From contig JAHRHZ010000032.1 in the NCBI GenBank assembly GCA_024137785.1, forward strand, positions 10,343,106-10,407,105: DNA of 64,000 nt, given 5' to 3'. This document shows, piece by piece, positions 25,701-37,700 of the stretch. Source of the stretch: Ginglymostoma cirratum. Taxonomy: Eukaryota. The notes below the pieces were generated by a model. The model had not been told where the DNA came from, did not search any database, and saw only the letters and a list, made by a program, of their open reading frames with translations. The position numbers and the translations under genes were made by a program. How positions within the stretch are numbered: the first letter of the stretch is position 1; each line of letters opens with the position of its first letter.

Positions 25701-28700
25701 CTGAGTTCCTGAAAATCAAAATGAGCCCTAAAAAAATTTCAAGAGGCCCCTGAATTGTATTTGAGCCCTGGGTCTGATCTCTGCGAATTCGTCTTAAACT
25801 TAAGAATTACTGGAAAATATGAGCATAAGTGATTTCAACATAACTTATTTGAATTCAAAATTGGCCAATGTTGCTTGCATTAGCTGATGTTAATCATGCA
25901 GTTAGCTCAAGTTTGATATATGAAATAGTATCATTTCTGAAACACAGAATCAGTGATCTAGTGTACTCATCATAGTTGTATTGTCAAGCTCATTGTTTTC
26001 AAGACCACCAGCCTCTGTAGTTAATGTCTAATTATTCAGCAAGCCATATGCTCATCATCAGCAGCATTTCAGTGTCTTGTACTATCATACAGTTTTAAAC
26101 GCTTTATTCAGAAAGTGACCCTGAGTAGAGAGAAACTGTATCAGTGATCATTTCAGCCAATAGGTTTTCCCTTCACGAGGTCATTCATTAATGCTGTTGA
26201 ATTAGTGGTTGACACTTCAATTCCCTGTTAGTCTACTTACTCGCCTGCCAATCATCTGTCAGTGAAAGACCAGTAATGAAACTGCCTGGTTGCTGTGTGA
26301 ATTGAAACTATTACCATGACAACAACGCAATGGAGTATTTCCATGGTACACCACGTAGTGATAAATTACGAGATGTGCCATGTGTCATATGATTCTTGTT
26401 AGCTGTGATTAACTAATTTAAACAACCACAAATAATTCACCATTATGTAAGTGTTTGTCATGTGTTAGTCAGAAATCTTGAGCACTACTGATAATGTTAT
26501 CCTGTGCACTTTTAACAGCAGCATTAGAAGGGCAGTTAAATGTTGTAGAAATTTGCTTTTTCCAAAGTCAGTGTTTCAATGATGCCATCAGTCCTTGCCT
26601 ATAATGTGTCTGTCCTTTTAAATATGAACCAAAGCAGTAAGTGTGAACAGATGAATAGATCACAGCTAAGCATCATGGAAGAGCTTTACTGTCCTTAGCC
26701 AATGCGCCACACACCTGTACTTCCTAGCAATTCTACCTCAAGGACATGGGAAGCGGTCATAGCACGGTTCACCTGTGATTATTCACTCTACACAGGCCAG
26801 GAATCAAACAGTTGGCCTTCCTGGTCTTGGAGACAGTAAGGACTGCAGATGCTGGAAGCTAGAGTCAATAGATGTGGAGCTGGAAAAGCACAGCAGGTCA
26901 AACAGCATCCAAGGAGCAGGAAAGCCAACATTTCTGGCCAAAATCCTTCGTTGGGACTGGGGAGGGGGAGGGGAGCCCAGAAATAAATAGAGGGAGGCGG
27001 GTGGATCTTGACGGGGGAGGATGGGAGGATGCATGCCGGGTGTTGTTGTGGTTGGTCATTGGAAAGTTTGGAGCAGGTAGGTGAGAAGCAAGATGAACAG
27101 GTTGGGGATGGAGAGATTTTCAAGCTGGTGATGCAGGTAGGGGGTTATTGTGGTTGGTTAGTGGGAAGGGTGGAGCAGAAAGGTGAGTCGGAAGATGGAC
27201 AGATTGGGGTTGGAGAGATTTTGAAGCTGATGAAGATATTCAGGCCATTGGGCTGTAAGCTCCCAAGGCGAAATATCAGGTGTTGTTCATCCAGTTTACG
27301 TTTGGCCTCACTCTGACAGTGGAGGAGGCCAAGTATGGACATGTCGCAGGGGAGTGGGAGTGGGAGGGGGAGTTAAAGTGGATGGCAACAGGAAAGTCGG
27401 GTTGGTTGGTACATGCAAAGTGCATGTGCTCCGTGAACCGGTCCCCAAGTCTGTGTTTAGTCTCCCCAGTATAGAGGAGACCACATCGGGAGCAACGAAT
27501 ACAGCAGATGAGGTTAGATTAAGTGCATGCTCTCTGCCAGATTTGGAAGGATTGTTTAGGGCCTTGGACTGAGGTGAGAGGAGAGGTGTAGGGACTGTAG
27601 TTTTCCCCTCCTCTGTTATTAAGGAGGCCCTCAACTGCATCTCCCCATTTCCCACACTTCTGCCCTTAAACTGTCTTCCCCCAACAACAAGGATAGAATC
27701 CCCTTGGTCCTCACATATTACCCCACCCACCTCTTAATACAACGCATCATCCTCCGAAATTTCCAGCACCTACACCCACCGCCAAAAAGATATTTCCTTC
27801 CTCACCCTGTCTGCTTTCCGCGTGGACTGTTCACTCCGCAACTCCCTCGTCAGCTCCACACACCCCACCAACCCCACTACAGCACCCGGTGTCTTTCCCT
27901 GCAAACACAGGAGGTGCTACACCTACCTCTACACCTCACCTTCATCTCTGTCCAAGGCCCAGAACAATCCTTCCAAATCCAGCAGAGATTCACCTGCACT
28001 TCATCTAACCTCATCTGCTGAATCTATTGCTCCCGATATGGTCTCCTCTATATCGCGGAGACCGAATGCAGACTTAGGGAACGGTTTATGGAGCACCTGC
28101 GCACTGCATGCACCAACCAACCCAACCTTCCTGTTGCCATCCACTTTAACTCCCCCTCCCACTCCCCTGGTGACATGCCCATCCTCAGCCTCCTCCACGA
28201 TCAGAGTGAAGACAACAACACCTGATATTTCACCCTGGGAGCTTACAGCCCAATGGCCTGAATATTGACTTCACCAGCTTCAAAATCCCTCCACCCTGAA
28301 CCTGTCCATCTTCTGACTCACCTATCCGCTCCACCCTTCCCACTGAGCAAACACAATAACTCCCGCCCTGCATCCACCCATCCTCATCCCATCCAATCTA
28401 CCCCCAGCCCCATTCCCCCTCCGTCTATTTATTTCTGGGCTCCCACCCACTCCCCAGTCCTGACAAAGGGCTTCGGCCTGAAACATTGACTGCTGCTCGG
28501 ATGCTGTCTGGCCTTCCCAGTCTGTATGTCTTAGTAACAAAGAAGCTGTGTTAATGAACAGAAGAAAGATATGGCATGGTTCTCATTCCCAATCACTATT
28601 CAGTGAATCCAACTGTAAAATTTTACTGTGTGTAATAAGTCTGAAGAGGAGTATGAACATAGAATTGAAACAACACTTGAATTTCCTGTTGATAACAGCA

Positions 28701-31700
28701 GACCAGTATTCCAACACATGCAAGGAACATTCTCGTACATTTCCTTTTTAATACAGCATTAACTGTTTATTTTAAAATGTTTGACGTTTCTGCTAAAATG
28801 CTAAACCAGAAATGTTGAACAAACACATCAGGTTTAAATACTAATAACAACAAGTAATTTTTGAGTTTAGTCACCTGTCCCATTTGTTTTTATTTGATAG
28901 ATTAAAGCTGAACATAACTGCAGGACTGAATAATTGCATCTAAAATGTGACTGACCAACCAATAGCTGTACTTTTAACTTTATTTCTTTTAAATTAGCCT
29001 TCCGAAAGAAGCAAAAGAATGGATTCCGAGATTTCATTCCACTTTTTTTGAAAGTGCAAACACGAAACCAGTCTGGTATGTATGTATTCTGCTATTGCAG
29101 CAGTAGGTTAAAAATGTTAATTATTCATACATTTTACTTTGAATTAAGACATTATTTTATAAAAATAACATTGTGCTTGAACCAGAATAAAAGTCAAATA
29201 CTGGAGATCTGAAATAAAAGATATTGCTGAAAAATCTCAGCAGGTTCAGTAGTATCTGTGGAGGGAGAAATAGTTAATGTGATCGGTTCAATATGATTTT
29301 CTTGTAAGAACACTTGGGCCAGTTGTTGTTTGTGATTCTGTGCTTAAATCTTGAATGTGTCTGTATGGCCTCAAATAGCAACTAATGTTTATAATATTCG
29401 TATCAAACAACGTTGTGGTCTGCAACTAACAATTATTGTTCTGAAGACTATGTATATTACATAAGAAGAACTAAACAAACCAGACCCCCTTCCCACATGT
29501 ATATCTGTCACCCACTCTTTGTGACTAGAATTGTGAAAATGTTTCTAAGGGAGAAGCTTGACCCACAATAACTGTCAGAACACTAGGTTATAATCCAACA
29601 GGTATTTGAAAACACAAGCTTTCAAAATTTTCAAGTTTTCAAATAAACCTGTTGGACTATAACCTGGTCGTGTGATTTTGGACTTCGTCCACCGCAGTCC
29701 AACACCAGCACCTCCACATTACAGTAACTGTGCCACAGGTACCATTCTGCACTGCAGCTGCTCTCTTCCTATCTCCCTACTCTTGCCTTGTACCCTTTGA
29801 TATTTTTCTTCAAATGTGTATCTTGAATCAGTTGTGGTAATCTTTGACAATATTGTAATGAATAGTTTATTAATCCTATAGATGAAAAATTGATCCCAAA
29901 TTCCTTTTTATGTTCTAATACTAATATCCATTTGTTTTCAGTTTACTGACTAGTCCAATTTGTTTTTAATTATGCCTGAAAGCTAGTTAAACTTTTAAAC
30001 ACTTGTTAAAGCACAGTTTAACCTTTCACTTGTGGTCAACACAGTTCTGATTTTTCAATTTTTTGACAGCTACATTTCCTTATTCTTGCAAATATTGTTG
30101 TAAATTGACCTTGCATCTTTTCTGATAACAGGGTTCTCCAAACTGCTCAAGGTTCTCTAGCTCTAGCAATGTGGTCTGCTTTTATCTTGCATCAAACTTC
30201 TGGGTTGTAGGGGTTTGTTTTACGTTGTTGGTTTTCCATGCTTCACATTGTACTTATGAAAACCTCTTGAACTCTTCTTACACTCTATCTTATAGATGTC
30301 TTTTATTTCTTTGATTAGTCTAATTATGCTTTAGTTATCTCTTCAGTTTGTCAATTTTGCACTTTTTAAGTATTTTCAAATCTCCACAGTGTCTCAGGTT
30401 ATTTCGTTGTCTTCTGTGTGCGCATGTGTGATTTTGTGTCCTTCACCCCCACCGCCTGATTTCTCTTAAACGCTGTTCATTTGTAACATCGTTCAATTCC
30501 GGAGGAGTGATTTTTACTTGAAATCTGAATTATCTCATTTTTTAAAAATAAAATAAAAGACTACAGACATTGAAAATCTTCAACAAAAATAGAAATTGCT
30601 GGAGAAACTCAGCCGGTCTGGCAGCATGTGTGGAGATAGAAACAAACTTAATGTTCGAGTCTGAAGAAGGTTTACTGGACTTGAAACATTAACTCTGTTT
30701 TCTGTCTGCTAGACCTGCTGAGTTTCTCCAGTGATTTCAGCTTGCAGTTTTTTGATGTGTCTCAAGATCAGTTGAGTACATGTAGCATATTCTGGTTTTG
30801 TGGTCTGTGATGTTTGTGCGGATTAATTATGCTTCTTTTCATTAAATGCTGATCTAAAAAATAAAATCATAGTCTTCTGGTTTTGCATAGAAAAACATCA
30901 AATTTTAAAGAAATATCTTTGTGCACTCTAGATCACTCTTTTTTCCAGATTAATAGTGTAAAGTTGGATGTAGAGCTCTTTGTACCTTCATCCAAGTCAT
31001 TTTACATACTTATCAGTCAGTAGAATTGTCTGATAACCCTTCTTGATATCCCTTCCTTATACATGTTGCAATTGTATGTTGCTTTTCCCTTTCTCAATCT
31101 TCCTATCCCATTTAAAATCTGATAACCCGGAATTCCATATTTAACATTCCCGAAAATACTGGTATCAAAATCGGAAATTTCATGTAACTGGCAAAGATAA
31201 ACTGTCGATACTTATCTGCAGCCTTTGACATGATTGACCATACTATCTTCCTTCAGCACCTCTCCTCTATTGACCAGCAGTGGGCTGAGTGTACTTGGTT
31301 TATCTATCTTAACTATTCTTAGCTGTCGAATCATTGTCAGAGAATCACTTCTTTCCCTTCTTCTACACAATTACACCTGGTGTGCCCAAAGGATCTATCC
31401 TGACCCCCTCCTATTTCCCAGCCAAAAGCTGCCTTTGAGTGTTACAATCATGGAAGTTTTCTATGCACTTCCTTATACTCATCAAGGTATCTGGCTCCTG
31501 GTTAAGCAATGATTAATTTTTTAAAAATACTGTTCCTTTGTTTTCTAATTTCTCCCCGATCTCTTCCATCCCCACAATCCTAAGATGTCATGGCACCTAA
31601 CTAGTTCTGGCGTCTTGAGCATCTGGAGTTTATAATTGTTCTACCATTGGAGGCTGTGCTTCAGTTGCCAAGACATTAATTCTGAAGTTCCTTAATAAAC

Positions 31701-34700
31701 ATCTTTACCATTCTTTCCTCCTTTAAGAAACTCACTTATTTCACCAAGCTTTTGGTCACCTGCCCTAATATCATCTTGTCTGGCTCAGCACCAAATTTTG
31801 TTTGATTAAACCACTGAAGTATCTTGGTGTATTAAAGGCATTGTAAAAATCTAAGTTATAGGAATGTTTGAATATTCCATTCTTGTATCCAAACATCTGC
31901 AATGTCTCCTACATTTCAATAATATTGAATTTGTATTTTAATTCCTTTATTTACTCTACATGTATTTGTGTTGGGTAATGCATATTTGAATGCTTGGTGC
32001 CCTATGTCTCAAATTTAGATGCACATAATCATATTCAAATCCCATTGCTGACTGTACTTTGCAGTCTTATAATTCTCTGAGCATTTCATCAGTTTCTTTT
32101 ATTCAATTATAGGATGCCGGTGATGTCGGCTGGGCCAATATTTATTGATTATCACTAATTTGCCAAGAGAACAATTAAGATTCATCAACATTGCTGTGGG
32201 TTTGGAGTCACATGTAGACCAGACTAGGGCTAGCAGATTTCCTTCCCTAAAGGATATTAGTGGACCAGATGGGTTTTTATGACAATTGACAGTGGTTACA
32301 AGGTTCCCATTAGATTTCTTTTAATTCAAGTTTTTTTTTTAAATTGAATTCAGATTTCACCTTGAACCATGGTAGGACTCAAATCATAATTTCAGAACTC
32401 TATTCTGGGGCTCTGAAGTATTAGTCAGTCACAATTCTATTATGCCACTGCCCCCTTATTTTAACATTTGGTAAATTTGCCATTATTGGTGTGAGGCCAT
32501 TTTGTCCATAGTTCCTTGGTTTGTTCTTTTACGACTTTGTGAAAGGGGTGACAATTTGTCATCCTACTGTTACTGTTGACCTAGGTATTTTAGTGTTTAT
32601 ACCACGCCTGTTTGTCATAAGTAAAATTTGCCCTGGTGTTTTCAAAGAATTTTGTTCATTATCAAGCATAAGATACTGAAATGTACCCGAGAACTAATCA
32701 GCCATATTTTACTACAGATGATCTAGATGGTAATGAAAAATACCTAGATGGGTTGGTTGAAAAGTATAAAAATGGAGAATATTGGACAGATCAAACCAAT
32801 ACAGACAGTTCCACCACCCAGAAAGAATCAGCTTCGAATGAGGAGTTTGAAAAAACTCTGCGAACTTATCATCACAATGATGCTAGCTATTGTTCTGAGT
32901 TGAGCTGTGAGAAGAATGCCCAGTATTGCAAGGAAAGGTTACAGGACAAACAGAATGAAATAAACATTCATGAAGTACAATCAGAGATGAAGGAATACCA
33001 TGAGAATTGCATCAGTCAAGCTGTGCAGCCAGACACTTCCAGGACTAAAAGAAAAAGACGAAGTTCCATCACTGGTAAGAATAATATTTTACTCTTTAGT
33101 TGCATATGTATTATAATTATGAGAAAAAAAAATGTCTGTCAGTTAGAATGAGTAAAATATATCCTGTATTTCAAGACGGGTTGAAAATCCATTCTTTATT
33201 CAAATGTCCAGCTGAATAAACACCTCTGGCATAAATTCCAAATATATCTTTCTGTTTGATATATACACAAAAGATTTCAAAGTTCCTTCTCCTTTTTTTG
33301 CGTTTTGAATAAACACTTTGAAGGCATTTGAATCCTTAGAATGCCTAAATAGCCTCAGATGTTGCAAAAGTGCAAATACCATTTTGTCAATTTTTTCAAT
33401 TTATTAACACAAAATATTGCAAAAAGAGATTTCAAAACAACTTGCAAAAATCAGATTCAAAATCACTATCCTTTGAGCAAAATGAAAATGAAACTGTATA
33501 TTTTAAGTTTTGGTCCAGAACTGCTTGCTTGGGTGTTAAAAAAACTAGTATTTCAAGAGTAATAGTTGCTATTGTAGGCTGTCGAGTACATTACTGGGCT
33601 GTATTGCTGAGACTCCAGGCTCAAATTTTGGCTTAATTTGGTTGTTCCAGGTAGGTTTATTTCCTCAGATCTAGGACATTCTGTTAAATTGAATATAGCA
33701 GCATGTAGAAATATCTCTTCTCCATTTGTTGTGAGAGAGGATTTATGGGAGATGAGCACAGAGGAAAAGCCCACTGTTTGGGTTGTCCTGACCAAAGAGG
33801 ATCATATGGTGTTACAAAGAGAACCAATTACTTTTAAAGGATAAGTTGACGGTGATTAAATCTTTGCCTACTTTTTTTGTACTTCTAAAGTCCTTCAATT
33901 TTCAACTTACTTTCTCTGAACTAGCCATTCTGCATCTGTTATTCTGGACAGTGAGTGGTAGTTGTCTTTGACCATGAGGAAGCTATCGTAGCAGCCCAGT
34001 CACATTCCCATAAAAAGTACATATGAAATGTAGGAAACAGTGAAAGACAATGAGTAGAAGCACCACATCATTTTTGTTATTATTTTAGCTTCCTAACTTG
34101 GCAATACTGAAGTAGCTGTAACACCCTTACCTGTAACTTGGCTGATCATTTAATGCAGCACAGAATCTGGATTGAGCTTGAATTTGCCTAGTCTGTACCA
34201 TGCTACACAGTATACTGATCCATCAGGGGATTCATTCTCGCAAAGTTAATGACAACAAAAAACTTACATCTTCAAAGACAGCTGACGGAATTTCTGTCTC
34301 AACATTATACCCTTTAGATATAGGCCATTCATTTTATATAGAAAATAAATAACAGTTTAGGTTCAGCTTCTTGTCAAAGCTATCCACCCGTAAGTGCGCT
34401 ATAATAGGAAAGGAACACATTTCTTAATTTAAATATAATGATTTACTTTCTTCAGGAGCTGTGCTACATGCAAGCAAAATCTAAATTCTAAGTACAGAAC
34501 TTTATCCTTCAAGTTACCCATATTTTTATATTAACTTTATAATAATAGTGATTACAAATTTGAATAAAATTGAGAATTTTCATAATTAAATTATATTGCT
34601 GTCTTTAAATAGTTAACACTTTCATTTGATAAAATGAACTTTAGAGTTACTGAGAGTCTCATTTTTCCAGTATCATGTTGTGAATACAGAAAATGATGCA

Positions 34701-37700
34701 CTAGTATTATTTAGAATACATAATTTTTTAATCATTATGGTCGTCTCTTGGTAAAAATGTTAGTGCTACATAGGGGTTTGTCTGTAGTGTTATTAGCTGT
34801 AGGGCATGTTTCATTGTCCTGAACTATTTTCACAGTAGATGAATGGACTGAGAAGGAGATGAATGATGAATCCACAGACAACTCAGAAGACTCACATTCA
34901 AGTGAAGTAACAAACCTAAAGGTGTGCATTGAGCTGACAGGACTGCATCCCCGCAAGCAAAGGCACCTGCACCATCTAAGGGCACTCTGGGAGCAGCAAG
35001 TGTCTCCTGACAGATCCACTCCCTCCAAGTCAGGTCGGCTCAGTAAGAAAGAGTTAGCTGGGGCCAAGGAGCCAGAGTTCATGGCAAAGGAAACTGAAGT
35101 CAAAGACAGGGTAGAAGAAAGAAACACCAGGAAAGGATCTGAGGCCAAATCCAGCAGAATTGGATCTGAGGAGACCTTCAATAGAAATGACATTGAAAAA
35201 GGTACACTTGTAACCTGGAGAAGTCTGTATATATTTTTTCTTAATTCCCAACATACCTATCATACTTTGCTGAGCAAAGTGAAAGTTTTTACAGTACCCA
35301 CAATTCACTCTTTAACTAAATAGGAAGCAGTCCAGGAGAAGGAATTCTGAAATATTAAGGTACTTCAGTGAAAGAAATTGAAGTACATTGACTTCAAAGT
35401 ATTTATTTTTCATCCTGACCATTTCTTAACAAAGAGTCAAGTGCTTTCATGCAATTATCTATTTATTGATGGCTCCCTTCTTTCATTTCTTTCCAAATCA
35501 TTTAACACAGTTCATCCTGTTTCAGTTTTGAGGATAAGATTGTCTAGCCTGTGGGCAGGCCTACAACCACAGTCAGTATTAATTCAAGGTGGTTGACAGA
35601 AGGTCCTTTTCAAATTGTCAAATCAGGTGATACCAATCATCGCTTTTCAAAAAAAGGGAAGAAAGTGTTTGATACGCTACTCCAACTAAGTAACTCAACT
35701 AAATACTGGTGAATTGACCTGACTGAAGCAAACAGATATGAGCATCAGGCTGAATTATAGCTCACATTTGGGATTTCCACTTTGGGGTGTTGGCTGCTTA
35801 ACCAAATTGACCATAATATAACCAGGTCAATAATTGAATACTTTGAAAATGTAACATTTGGCCTGTCAGTTGATGAAATACAGTTTCTCGACTGTCTGTT
35901 GAGCTTCATTGGAACAATGCATACAGCCAAGGACAGAATGGTCAACGTGCAAGTAGCATGGAGGATTAAAAGACACTCAACTGGAAACATTGGGTCATTC
36001 TTGTGGACTAAATGAAGGTGTTCAGCAAAATGGTCATCCAGTCTGTGTTGATCTTGCCAGTGCAGAGAAGATTACTTTGTGTGCAGCAAATTTATACGCT
36101 AACTTGAAAGAAGTACATATAAGTCTCTGTATCCCTTAGGACTGTTTGGGGCCCGGATGCTGGGATGGTAGGAAAAGGCAGGTGTTGCATCTCATGCTTG
36201 TGTGGAAAATGGAAACGGGTGTTGGGCTGATGGAAAAGTGGACCCAGGTATCACTGAGGTAACAATCCCATCAGAGTGTTGAGCGAGGAGAGAAAATGTA
36301 TTTGTCAGTGGCATTATGCCAGAGGTGTCAGAAATGGCAGAGAAATGCAATGAAATCTGCTGAATGTGGATCTTGGTGGGATGGAAGGCGAAGATGAGGA
36401 GAATCCTATCATGCTCCTGGAAGGGAGGCGAGAGGGTGAGACCAGAAGTGCAGGAAATGGGATTGACACAGCCAAGAGTGCTGTCAACCACAGTGGAGGA
36501 CAATCCTCAGTTGAGGAGAAAGGAAGACATATTGAAACACTAGTGTGGAAGTGGCATCATGAAAGCAGATGTGATGGAGAAACTTTGGAGAAAAGAATAG
36601 ACCAGAATTAATATGAAGCTGTCCAAAAGAAGGAGTTTGAAAATAATAAAACATTCACAGTAAAAAAAAAATTACGAAGTATAATCAACTAAGAAATTCC
36701 ATTTGGTCAGAGTATTAAAATGTTTGGTATATCCAAAATGGATTATGTAGTTATTGAATTTGAGTTGAAACACCAGCACTGATTTTCTAAGGGCATGTTC
36801 TACAAACTGAGGTCATTACTGAAGTACTTGCACAGCAGCCTGTTTTTGCAAGTTTATGCAAGTCTCTTTAAAAGAAAACGACATTGATTTTCACTCTTGT
36901 ACTCTTCTTGCACTACACGATTAATTTCTGAAAGAGTGATAGAAAGAAGGAGAACCATTTATCTGCTTTTCGTTGAATACTGGTTCAATTGAAGGCGTTG
37001 TATTTTATAATATAGTTAATATTTTGTACTTTTTCCTGTTCCCTCCCTTCTCTGTTTGTTTATTTGGGTGGTTTTCTCATCTTATTCAAAATTGCTGAAC
37101 TTTTTCAAAAGTGACATGCAAGTCCTTTTTCCTGGTTAATATGACCGATTAGCCATTTTTATGTTGGCCTGTATTTCTGATGGCAAATGCATGAATGTAG
37201 AGAAATGTCAGGCACACGCACAGACTGGAATCACAGTTGATCACAGTCTGTGTCCAAGTTGTAGTGTAAGTAGCAAAGTGATAATAAAAACATGGAACTT
37301 TTTTTTAACCTAGGGCCATTGCGTACAAAAGCAGAGAGGTAATATCAAACTCATATAACTTTCTTGGGGATCCCATTAAAGAGCAATGGCTCTCAGAAAG
37401 GATACAGATAGGCTGCGTCAAGTAGGAATTAGTCATGAGCAGACACTTCATAAATTGTTACCTTTTTTAAAATGGACCTCAGAAAGTTAGGAAGTGATCT
37501 GATAAAGGTTTTCTAAATTGTGAAAGGTTGTAATAAGGTAAGTAGTAAGTGCTGGTGGATTATTAACAGGATTCAGTTGGGTTGTCACCAGAGACCAAAA
37601 ATTTAAGGTTGCATTGAAAAAGTTAAGGGGAAGGTTTGAAAAATATCCTGTGATTAGAATGTAGAATTCTTCACCACAAATTGTTGTTGTAAAAGAATGC

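Noticed and set aside
26775-28540. Dense ORFs on both strands suggesting a gene cluster
   Set aside because: Explained by two inverted, frameshifted Penelope copies with higher GC content.
32681-32717. In-frame ATG upstream of exon 7 as an alternative start
   Set aside because: It lies in the branch and pyrimidine region of the acceptor, with no evidence of a transcript start.
34735-35308. 152-aa and 84-aa antisense ORFs over exon 8 (likewise over exons 6 and 9)
   Set aside because: Antisense shadows of BCOR codons with no independent support.
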